Shown: piece after piece, positions 47,770 through 58,881 of the stretch
Numbering within the stretch: the first letter of the stretch is position 1
How the letters are laid out: each line of letters begins with the position of its first letter
From: Lachnospiraceae bacterium
Lineage (GTDB): Bacteria > Bacillota > Clostridia > Lachnospirales > Lachnospiraceae
Direction of reading: 5' to 3'
Assembly: GCA_014799405.1 (NCBI GenBank)
Contig: JAAVIA010000052.1
Coordinates: 8,131-72,130, forward strand
DNA length: 64,000 bases
Translations under genes and position numbers: made by a program
The notes under the pieces: generated by a model
Told to the model about the DNA's origin: nothing
What the model saw: only the letters and a program-made list of their open reading frames with translations
Databases searched by the model: none

Positions 47770-48027
47770 AAAAAAATCCTCCGAATACATTTATATAGTG
47801 TGTTGTGCACATTATACCAAAAAATTATATATATTTCCATATTTTTTTTCATATGTCATAATATAAGATTTGAATATGAAAATCTTGGCAAGATATGCTA
47901 CAAAAATAGCATAAAATATTTGACAGTTTAATCCATCTAAGGCATAATTTACATTGTTGCAGATACTGCCGTGAAGGCTGTTAAGTGCACATAGTTTTTT
48001 AGACAAAATAATGGAAGGATGTATGTT

Positions 48028-49479
48028 ATGAACGATAAATATGTAAGCCCGCTGTCAGAGAGATATGCAAGCAAGGAAATGCAGTATATTTTTTCACCTG
48101 ACATGAAATTTAAAACATGGAGAAAACTTTGGATTGCACTTGCAGAAGCGGAGAAAGAACTTGGACTTAAGGATGCAGACGGAAATCCAAGAATAACGGA
48201 CGAGCAGATTGACGAGCTTAAAAGCCATGTTGAGGATATAAACTATGAGGTTGCAAGAGAACGGGAAAAGCTTGTGCGTCATGATGTTATGAGCCATGTA
48301 TATGCTTATGGCATGCAGTGTCCAAAGGCGGCAGGCATAATCCATTTGGGAGCAACAAGCTGTTATGTCGGGGACAACACGGATGTAATCGTTATGACAG
48401 AGGCATTAAAGCTTGTGAGGAAAAAGCTTATAAATGTAATAGATGAGCTTGCAAAATTTGCAGATAAATATAAGGACCTTCCTACACTTGCGTTTACGCA
48501 TTTTCAGCCGGCACAGCCTACTACGGTAGGAAAGCGTGCAACACTTTGGATGCAGGAGCTTTTACTTGATTTAAGCGATATAGAATATATGATAGACCAG
48601 CAAAAGCTGCTTGGTTCAAAGGGAACTACAGGTACCCAGGCAAGCTTTCTTGAGCTTTTTAACGGCGACCATGAAACGGTAAGAAAAATAGATGGTATCA
48701 TAGCCGGTAAGATGGGCTTTAAGGAATGCTATCCGGTTTCGGGACAGACATATTCAAGAAAGGTTGATGCAAGGGTATTAAATGTTCTCAGCGGAATAGC
48801 AATGAGCGCGCATAAATTTTCAAATGACATAAGACTTTTGCAGCATCTTAAGGAGATAGAAGAACCATTTGAGAAAAATCAGATTGGCTCCTCTGCAATG
48901 GCATATAAGAGAAATCCTATGAGAAGTGAGAGAATAGCATCCCTTGCAAACTATGTGATGGTTGATGCTCTTAATCCTGCCATAACCGCTGCTACACAGT
49001 GGTTTGAGAGAACACTTGATGATTCGGCAAACAAGAGAATATCCGTGCCGGAGGCGTTTCTTGCTGTGGACGGTATACTTGATTTATACCTGAATGTCGT
49101 GGACGGGCTTGTTGTATATGACAAGGTAATATATCAGAGATTTATGAAGGAAATTCCTTTTATGGCTACGGAAAACATTATGATGGATGCCGTAAAACGC
49201 GGTGGAAACAGGCAGGAGCTTCATGAAAAAATAAGAGAGTATTCCATGAAGGCAGGAGAGCAGGTAAAGAAATACGGAAACGAAAATAACCTTGTTGACC
49301 TTATTGCGGAGGATGACGCCTTTGGAATGAGCAGGGAGGAAATTGTCTCACTGCTTGAGCCGATTAATTTTGTCGGACGTGCACCGGAGCAGACGGAGGA
49401 GTTTCTTTGCGAGGTTGTGAAGCCGATACTTGATGCAAACAGGGATATACTTGGGGTTAAGGCTGAGATAAATGTATAA
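48028..49479 (+). CDS. purB: Adenylosuccinate lyase
   Basis: RHDVM, HLGATSC, FTHFQPAQ, GSSAMAYKRNP. Confidence 0.97.
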   Translation: MNDKYVSPLSERYASKEMQYIFSPDMKFKTWRKLWIALAEAEKELGLKDADGNPRITDEQIDELKSHVEDINYEVAREREKLVRHDVMSHVYAYGMQCPKAAGIIHLGATSCYVGDNTDVIVMTEALKLVRKKLINVIDELAKFADKYKDLPTLAFTHFQPAQPTTVGKRATLWMQELLLDLSDIEYMIDQQKLLGSKGTTGTQASFLELFNGDHETVRKIDGIIAGKMGFKECYPVSGQTYSRKVDARVLNVLSGIAMSAHKFSNDIRLLQHLKEIEEPFEKNQIGSSAMAYKRNPMRSERIASLANYVMVDALNPAITAATQWFERTLDDSANKRISVPEAFLAVDGILDLYLNVVDGLVVYDKVIYQRFMKEIPFMATENIMMDAVKRGGNRQELHEKIREYSMKAGEQVKKYGNENNLVDLIAEDDAFGMSREEIVSLLEPINFVGRAPEQTEEFLCEVVKPILDANRDILGVKAEINV

Positions 49480-49488
49480 ATAAAAACA

Positions 49489-49517
49489 TTGACCCTGCAC
49501 ATAAAAACAAATATAAT
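49489..49517 (+). promoter_or_regulatory. Sigma-A promoter upstream of the MCP gene
   Basis: TTGACC-17 bp-TATAAT. Confidence 0.65.
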
Positions 49518-49585
49518 AATGTGTGTATGTGATATGTAAGAGCTAATGATTATGCTTTAGTAAATAAAAATGGAGGTTACGGTTA

Positions 49586-51574
49586 ATGGGCAAAGGAAAA
49601 AAGATGGGTGTACGCTTCAAGCTTATCAGCTTGATAATTCCGATATTCATTATTATGGTTTTTGCTTTTTTCGTACTTTGCAGAGGCGTTATTTTGAAAC
49701 TTGCAACAGATAGGTTTGAAACGGAATCTGAGGTTTATGCTGAAAAAATCAGTGCGTGGACGGGACAGATTTTCAGTGAGCTGAATGTATATAAAAATAC
49801 AATAGACGAGGCGGGCTTTAGGGATGATGCTGCTATACTTACATATATGGAAACCTCCTGTGATAAAAATCCTGCTTACCCTGTAGGTCTTTATATGGGT
49901 GATGACTCGGGTATATATCTTGATGGTTCAGGATGGGTACCGGATGATGATTGGGTGCTTACGGAGCGTGATTGGTATATTGAGGGTGTAGAAAATGAAG
50001 AATTTGCATTTGGCGAGCCATATTATGATTCACAGACAGGAGATGTTTGTGTGAGTGCAACCGTGCGTATGGATTACGATGCGGCAGTCAGGGTTCTCGC
50101 TGTGGATGTTTATTTGAATTATCTTTCCGAGCTTGCAACGGAGATTACGGAAGGCAGCATTGAAAATGCATTCTTTGTGACAAAGACGACAAAGACGATA
50201 CTTGCTCATCCTGACAGCAGCATGGTGGATGTAAAACTTGACGATGCAGGTCTTGATAAGCTTTATGGCAATATAAACAAAGCAATCAGTGACGGAAAGA
50301 CAAAGCTTTTGTTGCTTGAGGGTAAGGACGGAAAATATTATGTTTCTATAAACGGAATTGGAAATACAGACTGGTATCTTGTTACATGTATGAAACGCTC
50401 CGATGTTTTGAAAGATCTTACCCATGTTGAGATTATTATGACTATTATAGCCGTCATTGCAGCGTTTGTACTTATATTTGTTATAATCAGAATCGTAAAT
50501 GGTATTGTAAAGCCTGTTGAAAATGTAACAAATGTATTGAAGAATGTGGCTGCGGGTGATTTCTCACATGACATTGATGTTAAGGGGAATGATGAAATTG
50601 CAAATATGAGCCGCAATATGCAGAATTTCCTGACAAATATGCGTACTACGATATCTGACATTTCACACACAGCTGACTGGCTCAATAAGCAGTCTGAGAG
50701 AAATGGTCGCGTGTCTGAAGAATTGGCTGATTCGTCAATGCATCAGAGCAATGCTGTAGATACGCTCAATGAAATGGTGGATTCGCTTTCAAAGGCTGCG
50801 GAGGATGTTTCCGTACATATGTCTGAGCTTACAAATGTTATTTTAACTGCAAAGACAGAGTGCGAGCGTGCAGGAGATATTATGCTTCAAACGGTTGACG
50901 CCTCTGAGGGTGGAAAGGGCGACATGCGGAAGGTAAGTATCGGAATGTACAACATAGAAAATACAATAGGCAACCTTGCCAGTCAGATAAAAAGGGCAGG
51001 AGAGGTTACATCAAATATCAGCAATATGGTAACACTTATTACTGATATTGCAGATGAGACAAATCTCCTTTCTCTTAATGCGTCTATTGAGGCTGCACGT
51101 GCAGGAGAAGCAGGCCGAGGCTTTGCGGTTGTTGCGGAGCAGATAAGCAATCTGGCAGAGAACAGTAAAAATGCGGCGGAGGACATTGCAAGGCTTACGG
51201 AAGAAATTAGCCTTACTATGCAGGAAGCAGAGGGTCAGATGGAACAGAGTGTGTACGAAGTAAAGGAAAATGCAATTGTTGTCACACAGACTACTGAAAC
51301 CTTTGATATTGTATATGAAAAGGTAGCTGAAACAAACAAAAAAATTAAGTATTTGGTTGAGCTTATGGAAATGGTAGACAAGGTTGCATTTGATATGCAG
51401 GAAACTGCAAAAGAGCAGGTTGAGGCAACGGAGCAGATATCTGAATCAGCAAAGGAGCTTGGAGATTACACTCAGACGGTAAGTGCAAATAGTGATACGG
51501 CAGCGGAAAATGCAAGAGTACTTGAGACGGAATCAAAGAATCTTATAAACCGTATGGGACAGTTTAGAGTATAA
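49586..51574 (+). CDS. Methyl-accepting chemotaxis protein (dCache, HAMP, MA)
   Basis: Two TMs, dCache (TERDWY, PYYD), HAMP, signalling tip [30 protein letters not shown]. Confidence 0.96.
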   Translation: MGKGKKMGVRFKLISLIIPIFIIMVFAFFVLCRGVILKLATDRFETESEVYAEKISAWTGQIFSELNVYKNTIDEAGFRDDAAILTYMETSCDKNPAYPVGLYMGDDSGIYLDGSGWVPDDDWVLTERDWYIEGVENEEFAFGEPYYDSQTGDVCVSATVRMDYDAAVRVLAVDVYLNYLSELATEITEGSIENAFFVTKTTKTILAHPDSSMVDVKLDDAGLDKLYGNINKAISDGKTKLLLLEGKDGKYYVSINGIGNTDWYLVTCMKRSDVLKDLTHVEIIMTIIAVIAAFVLIFVIIRIVNGIVKPVENVTNVLKNVAAGDFSHDIDVKGNDEIANMSRNMQNFLTNMRTTISDISHTADWLNKQSERNGRVSEELADSSMHQSNAVDTLNEMVDSLSKAAEDVSVHMSELTNVILTAKTECERAGDIMLQTVDASEGGKGDMRKVSIGMYNIENTIGNLASQIKRAGEVTSNISNMVTLITDIADETNLLSLNASIEAARAGEAGRGFAVVAEQISNLAENSKNAAEDIARLTEEISLTMQEAEGQMEQSVYEVKENAIVVTQTTETFDIVYEKVAETNKKIKYLVELMEMVDKVAFDMQETAKEQVEATEQISESAKELGDYTQTVSANSDTAAENARVLETESKNLINRMGQFRV

Positions 51575-51598
51575 AGTAATTGGAGGTATTGTAACAAA

Positions 51599-52879
51599 AT
51601 GGTACAAGCAATAGTAGGCGCCAATTGGGGCGATGAGGGGAAAGGCAAAATAACGGATATGCTTGCCCAGGAGGCAGACATAATTGTAAGATTTCAGGGA
51701 GGGGCAAATGCAGGACACACTATAGTTAATAGCTATGGAAAGTTTGCATTACATACACTTCCGTCGGGTGTGTTTAATGACCACACTACAAATATTATTG
51801 GAAATGGTGTGGCACTTAACATTCCGGTGCTTTTTAATGAGATAAAGTCCATTACTGACAAAAATGTCCCTATGCCCAAGCTTTTGGTATCAGACAGGGC
51901 GCAGATGGTTATGCCCTATCATATAAAGCTTGATGAGTATGAGGAGGAGAGGCTTGCAGGCAAATCCTTTGGTTCAACGAAATCCGGTATAGCGCCTTTT
52001 TATTCTGATAAGTATGCAAAGATAGGCTTTCAGGTAAGTGAGCTTTTTGACGAAGCATCGCTCAAAGAAAAAATTGAGAGAGTAATTGTACAGAAAAATG
52101 TTATTTTAGAGCATCTTTACCATAAACCGACGCTTAAGGTTGACGAGATATTTGATACGCTTATGGAGTACAAGAGTATGGTTGAGCCTTATGTGTGTGA
52201 TGTTTCCGCATATCTTTATGAGGCAATAAAGGAGGGCAAGAACATTCTTTTGGAAGGACAGCTTGGTTCACTTAAGGATCCTGACCATGGTATATATCCA
52301 ATGGTTACTTCCTCCTCAACCCTTGCAGCATACGGAGCAATAGGTGCAGGTATACCACCTTATGAGATAAAGAAGATAATTACCGTATGTAAGGCATATT
52401 CCAGTGCAGTAGGTGCAGGCGCATTTGTAAGTGAGATATTTGGTGATGAGGCGGATGAACTAAGACGTCGTGGCGGTGATGGAGGCGAGTATGGTGCCAC
52501 AACAGGCAGACCGAGACGTATGGGATGGTTTGATTGCGTTGCATCAAAGTACGGATGCCGTATTCAGGGAACAACAGATGTTGCATTTACGGTGCTTGAT
52601 GTCCTCGGTTATCTTGATGAAATACCTGTATGCATAGGTTATGAGATAGGCGGTGAAATTACAACTGATTTTCCTACGACAACAAAGCTTGAAAAAGCAA
52701 AGCCTGTTATAAAGACACTGCCTGGTTGGAAGTCGGATATAAGAGGAATCCGGAATTATGAGGAGCTTCCTGAAAACTGTCGTAATTATATTGAGTTTAT
52801 TGAGGAACAGATAGGCTTTCCTATTACAATGGTATCAAATGGACCGGGCAGGGATGATATTATATACCGCAAGAAATAA
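51599..52879 (+). CDS. purA: Adenylosuccinate synthetase
   Basis: NWGDEGKGK, QGGANAGHT, GATTGRPRR, VSNGP. Confidence 0.98.
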   Translation: MVQAIVGANWGDEGKGKITDMLAQEADIIVRFQGGANAGHTIVNSYGKFALHTLPSGVFNDHTTNIIGNGVALNIPVLFNEIKSITDKNVPMPKLLVSDRAQMVMPYHIKLDEYEEERLAGKSFGSTKSGIAPFYSDKYAKIGFQVSELFDEASLKEKIERVIVQKNVILEHLYHKPTLKVDEIFDTLMEYKSMVEPYVCDVSAYLYEAIKEGKNILLEGQLGSLKDPDHGIYPMVTSSSTLAAYGAIGAGIPPYEIKKIITVCKAYSSAVGAGAFVSEIFGDEADELRRRGGDGGEYGATTGRPRRMGWFDCVASKYGCRIQGTTDVAFTVLDVLGYLDEIPVCIGYEIGGEITTDFPTTTKLEKAKPVIKTLPGWKSDIRGIRNYEELPENCRNYIEFIEEQIGFPITMVSNGPGRDDIIYRKK

Positions 52880-52887
52880 AAATATAC

Positions 52888-52916
52888 TTGACATTATACT
52901 GTATAGTTAATATAAT
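52888..52916 (+). promoter_or_regulatory. Perfect consensus sigma-A promoter
   Basis: TTGACA-17 bp-TATAAT. Confidence 0.8.
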
Positions 52917-52971
52917 TGTTTTTGCGTACAATAACTTCAAAACAAACTATAAAATGTTTGGAGGCGGCTAT

Positions 52972-53217
52972 ATGAGTAAGGAAGCAAAAGAATTATTTAA
53001 TGCACTTGTCGAGGAATTAGGAAGAACGGAAGAACGAATCAATCAAAGAATAGATAAAAGTATTGAGAGGTTGGAAGAAAAATTTGACAAGAGCTTGATG
53101 AATTTACAGCATGAGGTTAATGCATTGAAGTTGGAATATACAACCAATCAGGTAATAGTGGATGAGGTAAGTATGCTAAAACATCGGGTTGATGTTTTAG
53201 AGAAAAAAATGGCATAA
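52972..53217 (+). CDS. Small coiled-coil hypothetical protein (81 aa)
   Basis: GGAGG RBS, heptad pattern, own promoter and terminator. Confidence 0.75.
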   Translation: MSKEAKELFNALVEELGRTEERINQRIDKSIERLEEKFDKSLMNLQHEVNALKLEYTTNQVIVDEVSMLKHRVDVLEKKMA

Positions 53218-53223
53218 TTTTAG

Positions 53224-53267
53224 AAGGCATACCATTTTAATTTTATGATTAAATGGTATGCTTCTTT
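53224..53267. terminator. Bidirectional terminator
   Basis: GCATACCATTT/AAATGGTATGC stem followed by a T-run, between convergent genes. Confidence 0.7.
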
Positions 53268-53720
53268 TTATGTCTCAACTTTTGGTATATGACTGTTTAC
53301 AAGCTCATATATTTTTTCGCAAAGCTCCTGCTTCATGGTAAAGGGAATGGAATATAAATCTCTTCCTGCTTTCAGATTAAGCATATAAAACAGCATAGAT
53401 TCATCCGGTATTATCATTGTTATAAATTCAACCTTATCGTAGGTGTAATTTGTTTCGCCATAATGGTGGACTACCTTTATTCCATCGTCAGAAAAAACAT
53501 AGGTTATGTCAAATGCCTGTTTCCTTAAGGAGGACATGACAAGATATATGCCGTATGCCCCAAGACCAAATGCAAACAGAGCTGTAAGCATTATGCGGTT
53601 CGACAGACCCTTAAATATTGTAATAAGCTGAATTGCCGATATGGAAATAAAAATAAGTCCCATAATTCTGTAGGCTATTCTATTGTATTTTCTTTTAGGT
53701 ACAGTGTAATTGTATCTCAT
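53268..53720 (-). CDS. Two-TM membrane protein with PH-like (YcxB-like) C-terminus
   Basis: Two hydrophobic helices followed by YVFSDDGIKV. RBS GGAGG. Confidence 0.7.
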   Translation of the reverse strand: MRYNYTVPKRKYNRIAYRIMGLIFISISAIQLITIFKGLSNRIMLTALFAFGLGAYGIYLVMSSLRKQAFDITYVFSDDGIKVVHHYGETNYTYDKVEFITMIIPDESMLFYMLNLKAGRDLYSIPFTMKQELCEKIYELVNSHIPKVET

Positions 53721-53739
53721 AATATGCCTCCATACGATT

Positions 53740-54606
53740 CTATGAATTTGCAGATGTATTTTCAGAGCTTCGTCCGTTTATCTTATCATACTTTATATTT
53801 ATAAAATAAAGTATAATTCCTATAAACATGCCACCTAACAGATTGCCGATTGTGACCGGAATAAAGTTTTGAAGTATGCCTCCAAAATCTAAATGCTCAA
53901 GCTGTGCTTCTGTTATACCATATAATTCCTTGGCAAGGGCAACATAATGAGAATCCGTCTTTGCCAAAATGCCCACAGGTATGTAATACATATTAGCAAC
54001 AATATGCTCAAATCCGTCTAAAACAAATACGAATATTGGAAACCAGGTTGCAAGGATTTTACCTGCAACATCCTTTGCAGCCGTACCATTCATAATAGAC
54101 ATGCATACAAGAAAGTTACAAAGAATGCCGGAGGCAAGTCCGTTCACGAATGATATGTTGGATTTATCTACAGCCACCTTTATCGTGTATGCACCAAGAG
54201 CTCCTCCACTTAAATTCAAATTGCCGCTGTGAAAAACTAACACATCTATTATAAATGCGCCGAAGAAATTAGCCAAAAATACAACAAGTAAATTGCGGAT
54301 AAGATGCATAACGGTAAAACGCTTGTCCAAGGTTGCCATAATCATAAGACAGTTGCCTGTAAAAAGCTCACCGCCTACAAGAACAATCATCAAAAGTCCT
54401 ATGGGAAATACAGCACCGCCTAAAACCTTGGCAAGACCCAGATTCGAAATGCTATGTACAGCCGTACTGCTTGTTACACCGCCTAGAGCGATAAACATTC
54501 CGGCAAGAATCCCCAAGGTAATCATTTTGGGAAGTCCCATATTTGCTTTTTTGACTGCACCCTGCATATTTAAGTCAACGATTTCCTTTGGTGTATTTAT
54601 CTGCAT
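53740..54606 (-). CDS. Formate/nitrite transporter family protein
   Basis: GGELFTGN, GILCNFLVC, FEHIVANM, VTIGNLLGG. Confidence 0.95.
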   Translation of the reverse strand: MQINTPKEIVDLNMQGAVKKANMGLPKMITLGILAGMFIALGGVTSSTAVHSISNLGLAKVLGGAVFPIGLLMIVLVGGELFTGNCLMIMATLDKRFTVMHLIRNLLVVFLANFFGAFIIDVLVFHSGNLNLSGGALGAYTIKVAVDKSNISFVNGLASGILCNFLVCMSIMNGTAAKDVAGKILATWFPIFVFVLDGFEHIVANMYYIPVGILAKTDSHYVALAKELYGITEAQLEHLDFGGILQNFIPVTIGNLLGGMFIGIILYFINIKYDKINGRSSENTSANS

Positions 54607-54808
54607 ATAATATACCTTCCTTTTTATAAATTATTCGTTTTCCATAAAAATGGTAAAAAGCCATTTTCTCTAGTGTATATGAAAGAGCATCAGAAAGCAA
54701 TCAGTTTTATATTTTTTTGACCAGAAAGATTACGATAATATTCTTTGACTTATACGTATGTTTTGATATAATTTAGTATTATATAAAATCATAGGGAATA
54801 GATAGAAT

Positions 54809-55618
54809 ATGAACAAAAAAAGCAACAAATTGGCCTACGGCTTCATATATAAGATGCGAATACAAAAAGCACTTGCATATCGCTTTGATGTGTTTGCAAA
54901 CATTATATTTCAGTGTATTGCCATGTTTGCAACTGCATTTTTTTGGAAAGCAATATACAGCGGATATGACAGTGTACAGGGAGCAGAGGTTGGTGACATG
55001 CTTACATATACGGTTGTTTCCGCAGTGATGTCCATACTTTTTGTGACAACGGTTGAACTTAAGCTTATGGAAAGTGTGGAAAAGGGAACGGTGGCTATGG
55101 ACATGCTGAAGCCAGTACCATTATTCTCTATATATTTCTTTGAGGACCTAGGAAATATAACATCACTGATTTTTATAAACGGACTGCCGATTCTTTTAAT
55201 AGGAAGTCTGTTTATAGGAGTGCCGCTTCCTGCTGACAGGGTGAGTGCCGCCTTGTTTTTTGTAAGTCTCATTATGTCATTTTTTATAAACTGGCTTTTT
55301 GCGGCACTGTTTTCCCTGCTTTCCTTTGTAACAATTAATATGTCTCCGCTTATTCAGGTTAAAAAGCATATTTTAAGGCTTTTATCAGGAAGCATTATAC
55401 CTGTATGGTTTTTTCCTCAGTGGGCGCAGGGGATATTAGGTGTGCTTCCGTTTGTATACATTTATCAGCTTCCCCTTGATCTTTTTATAGGCAGATATAC
55501 GTTACATACGGCAATACCAAAGCTGATGGTACAGCTTGTGTGGCTTGTAATATTAAGCGGGGTATTTTATGCAGCCCAAAAGAGCATGACAAAAAAGGTT
55601 ATGGTACAGGGAGGGTAG
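54809..55618 (+). CDS. ABC-2 family permease
   Basis: AYRFD, LLKP, SGSIIPVWFFP; about 6 TM. Confidence 0.88.
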   Translation: MNKKSNKLAYGFIYKMRIQKALAYRFDVFANIIFQCIAMFATAFFWKAIYSGYDSVQGAEVGDMLTYTVVSAVMSILFVTTVELKLMESVEKGTVAMDMLKPVPLFSIYFFEDLGNITSLIFINGLPILLIGSLFIGVPLPADRVSAALFFVSLIMSFFINWLFAALFSLLSFVTINMSPLIQVKKHILRLLSGSIIPVWFFPQWAQGILGVLPFVYIYQLPLDLFIGRYTLHTAIPKLMVQLVWLVILSGVFYAAQKSMTKKVMVQGG

Positions 55619-55621
55619 TAT

Positions 55622-56416
55622 ATGGAGCATATAAAACATTATATTGACGTAAGCCTGTATCATGTAAAGCTTGCCGTGCTTACAATGCTTGAATATCCTG
55701 CAAACTTTGTAGGTTGGCTTTTGTCAAATCCCATTCAGTTTGTATTGGGATTTGCAACAATTAAATTTGTTGTCGCAAGATTTGGAACAATAAACGGCTG
55801 GGACTACGGACACCTTGCATTTTTATATGGAATCGCAGTCATATCCCATGCTTTTTCAATGATATTTTTTGTGCAGGGATGGTTTATGGGCGGATATGTT
55901 GTAAGAGGAGATTTTGACCGTTACATGCTTAGACCCTTAAGTGTGCTGTTTCAGTTCTTTTTTACAAGATTTAACGTTGTAGGCTTTACTGATTTAATTC
56001 CGGGAATATGTGTGTTTGCCTATGGATGCCATAAGGTGCATTTTCAGTGGAATGTAGGAAATGTCATGGCTGTTGTCCTGCTTATTATAGGGGCTACACT
56101 TATTCGTGGAGGAATTTACATTATAATGGGTACATTTTCTTTTTGGACAAAAAGCATGAATGATTTTGCAGGATTTACCCAGGAATTTTTTGATAAGACA
56201 ACAATGTATCCTCTTTCTATGTATCCGAGGATGATGCAGATAATACTTACATATATTATTCCCATAGGGTGGATAAGCTATTATCCTGCAAAGGACCTTT
56301 TGTCGGGAGTAGGGACGGGAGCCATTATATCACTGGTGATTGGGGCTGTTACAATGACCTTGGCCGCACTGTTTTTTAAAGTTGGACTTAGAAGCTATGA
56401 AAGTGCAGGACAGTGA
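55622..56416 (+). CDS. ABC-2 family permease
   Basis: EYPANF, GDFDRYMLRP, YPLSMYP, YESAG; about 6 TM. Confidence 0.88.
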   Translation: MEHIKHYIDVSLYHVKLAVLTMLEYPANFVGWLLSNPIQFVLGFATIKFVVARFGTINGWDYGHLAFLYGIAVISHAFSMIFFVQGWFMGGYVVRGDFDRYMLRPLSVLFQFFFTRFNVVGFTDLIPGICVFAYGCHKVHFQWNVGNVMAVVLLIIGATLIRGGIYIIMGTFSFWTKSMNDFAGFTQEFFDKTTMYPLSMYPRMMQIILTYIIPIGWISYYPAKDLLSGVGTGAIISLVIGAVTMTLAALFFKVGLRSYESAGQ

Positions 56417-56473
56417 AACAACATAAATAAAAAACGGTAAGTATAAGGTATGGTAATATACAGGGAGAACTAT

Positions 56474-57445
56474 ATGGACACAATCGTAGTTGAGAATTTA
56501 ATAAAAGAATATAAAATTGCCAAGAAGGAAAAAGGACTTGCAGGTGCAGTCAAAAATTTGTTTGTAAGAAAATATGAAATACTCCGTGCCGTGGATGACA
56601 TAAGCTTTACAATCTCCAAAGGAGAGATAACTGCATTTATAGGACCAAATGGTGCTGGGAAAAGCACTACCGTAAAAATGATGTCAGGCATACTCGTACC
56701 TACCTCCGGCAATATTTTAATTAACGGCAGAAATCCGCAGAAGGATAGGGTCCGTGTGGTACAGGATCTTGGTGTTGTATTCGGTCAAAGGACACAGCTT
56801 AACTGGGACCTCAGGCTGGGCGAAAGCTTTGAGATGATGAGGCACATTTACAAAATTCCGAAAGCCATGTACGAGGAAAACCTGAAGGTTATGGATGATA
56901 TACTTGGTATAGAAGAAATAATAAATATTCCCGTAAGACAGCTTTCTCTTGGGCAGAGGATGAGAGGTGACCTTGTATCCGCAATGCTCCATTCACCATC
57001 AGTGCTGTTTTTGGATGAGCCGACGATTGGGCTTGATGTTGAGGGCAAGTATGCAATCCGCAAATTTATAAAGGAAATTAACCGTGTCAAAGGAACTACC
57101 ATAATACTTACCACACACGATTTAGGGGATATAGAAGAATTATGTAAACGACTAATTATAATAAACAAGGGAAAAATTGTGGAGGACGGACCTCTTGAGG
57201 AGCTTGTAAACCGTATTGCGCCAAACCGTAATCTTGTTGTGGAATATTATGATGAGAACTATGTTGAACACGAAAATGCAAAGATAATAAATGTGGAGGG
57301 AAATATTGTTACCTATCAGTTTTCAAAAAAGGATATAACAGGTGCAAGACTTATCTGCGATATTTCCGATAAGGCAAAAATAAAGGATGCAACAATAAAG
57401 GAAGTAAAGATTGATGACATAATAAGAATAGCATACAGGGGATAA
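56474..57445 (+). CDS. ABC exporter ATP-binding subunit
   Basis: GPNGAGKST, LSLGQ, LDEPT, TTHD. Confidence 0.95.
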   Translation: MDTIVVENLIKEYKIAKKEKGLAGAVKNLFVRKYEILRAVDDISFTISKGEITAFIGPNGAGKSTTVKMMSGILVPTSGNILINGRNPQKDRVRVVQDLGVVFGQRTQLNWDLRLGESFEMMRHIYKIPKAMYEENLKVMDDILGIEEIINIPVRQLSLGQRMRGDLVSAMLHSPSVLFLDEPTIGLDVEGKYAIRKFIKEINRVKGTTIILTTHDLGDIEELCKRLIIINKGKIVEDGPLEELVNRIAPNRNLVVEYYDENYVEHENAKIINVEGNIVTYQFSKKDITGARLICDISDKAKIKDATIKEVKIDDIIRIAYRG

Positions 57446-57465
57446 AAGCTTGGAAAGGAAGATGA

Positions 57466-58788
57466 TTGATTGTGGAGCAGATGTCATTATTTGATTATTC
57501 ACCAAAGCACATTCCTCTTGCAAGCAGACTCAGACCCAAAATTCTTGATGAGTTTGTTGGACAGGAGCATTTGCTTGGGAAAGGGAAAATACTAAGACAG
57601 CTTATAGAAAAGGATCAGGTGTCCTCCATGATTTTTTGGGGACCACCGGGTGTCGGAAAGACAACACTTGCAGGAATAATCGCCGCAAGGACAAATGCGG
57701 ATTTTATTAACTTCAGTGCTGTCACAAGTGGGATAAAAGAGATAAAGGATGTTATGAAAAAGGCGGAGGACAGTCAGAAAATGGGTGTGCGGACCGTTCT
57801 TTTCATAGATGAGATACATCGTTTTAACAAGGCACAGCAGGATGCATTTCTTCCTTTTGTTGAGAAGGGGAGCATAACTCTCATAGGAGCCACGACGGAA
57901 AATCCTTCTTTTGAGGTAAATGCAGCGCTTTTGTCAAGATGCAGGGTGTTTGTCTTAAAGACGCTTGGGGAGAATGACCTGATTAAGCTTATCGAAAATG
58001 CTATATCATCTCCAAACGGATTTGGGGAACAGGGAGTAAAAATCTCCGATACCCACATAAAGACGATTGCCATATTTGCCGACGGTGATGCAAGAACCGC
58101 CCTTAATACGTTGGAGATGGTTGTATTAAACAGCGAAATAAGCGAGGACGGCTTCACCGTGTCGGATGAGATTATGGAGCAGTGCATAGGAAAAAAATCC
58201 CTGCTGTATGATAAAAGCGGTGAGGAGCATTACAATATGATTTCCGCACTCCACAAATCCATGCGCAACAGCGACCCTGATGCTGCTATTTACTGGATGC
58301 TGAGGATGCTTGAGGGAGGGGAGAATCCTCTCTACATAGCAAGAAGGCTTATAAGATTTGCAAGTGAGGATGTGGGAATGGCGGACAGCAATGCCCTTAC
58401 GGTAGCGGTTGCCGCATATCAGGCATGCCATTTTTTGGGGGTTCCTGAATGTGACGTGCATTTAACACATGCCGTAACATATCTTGCAATGGCGCCTAAA
58501 TCCAATTCGCTTTATGTTGCCTGTGAGAATGGTAAGCGTTCCGTCAGGGAAAATGGGGCGCAGCCGGTACCCCTTAACCTTCGCAACGGGGTAACTAAGC
58601 TTATGCGGGAGCTTGATTACGGAAAGGGTTACGAGTACGCACATGATACGGAGGAAAAGCTTACCCATATGCAGTGTATGCCTGAGGGGATGGAGGAGGA
58701 ACGATATTACTATCCTACAAAACAGGGGAATGAAATACAAGCTTATGAGCGCTTGATGGAAATACGCAAATGGAAACAGGAAAAATAA
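57466..58788 (+). CDS. rarA: Replication-associated recombination protein A (MgsA/RarA)
   Basis: PLASRLRP, WGPPGVGKTT, DEIHRFNKAQQD, SALHKSMR, ASEDVG. Confidence 0.96.
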   Translation: MIVEQMSLFDYSPKHIPLASRLRPKILDEFVGQEHLLGKGKILRQLIEKDQVSSMIFWGPPGVGKTTLAGIIAARTNADFINFSAVTSGIKEIKDVMKKAEDSQKMGVRTVLFIDEIHRFNKAQQDAFLPFVEKGSITLIGATTENPSFEVNAALLSRCRVFVLKTLGENDLIKLIENAISSPNGFGEQGVKISDTHIKTIAIFADGDARTALNTLEMVVLNSEISEDGFTVSDEIMEQCIGKKSLLYDKSGEEHYNMISALHKSMRNSDPDAAIYWMLRMLEGGENPLYIARRLIRFASEDVGMADSNALTVAVAAYQACHFLGVPECDVHLTHAVTYLAMAPKSNSLYVACENGKRSVRENGAQPVPLNLRNGVTKLMRELDYGKGYEYAHDTEEKLTHMQCMPEGMEEERYYYPTKQGNEIQAYERLMEIRKWKQEK

Positions 58789-58881
58789 TGGTAAAATAAT
58801 AGTAAAATAAAACAAATTGGCGTATAATGTATGCGAAAGCGCATATGAAATGGCTGATGTTCAAATTAAAGGAGGTCTTTT

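Noticed and set aside
54809-57445. Antibiotic-resistance or bacteriocin-immunity locus
   Set aside because: Generic two-permease ABC-2 exporter with no biosynthetic, precursor or regulator genes nearby; substrate cannot be inferred.
58786-58810. Short tandem repeat AAT(G/A)GTAAAAT twice after rarA
   Set aside because: Low-complexity AT-rich sequence, expected by chance.
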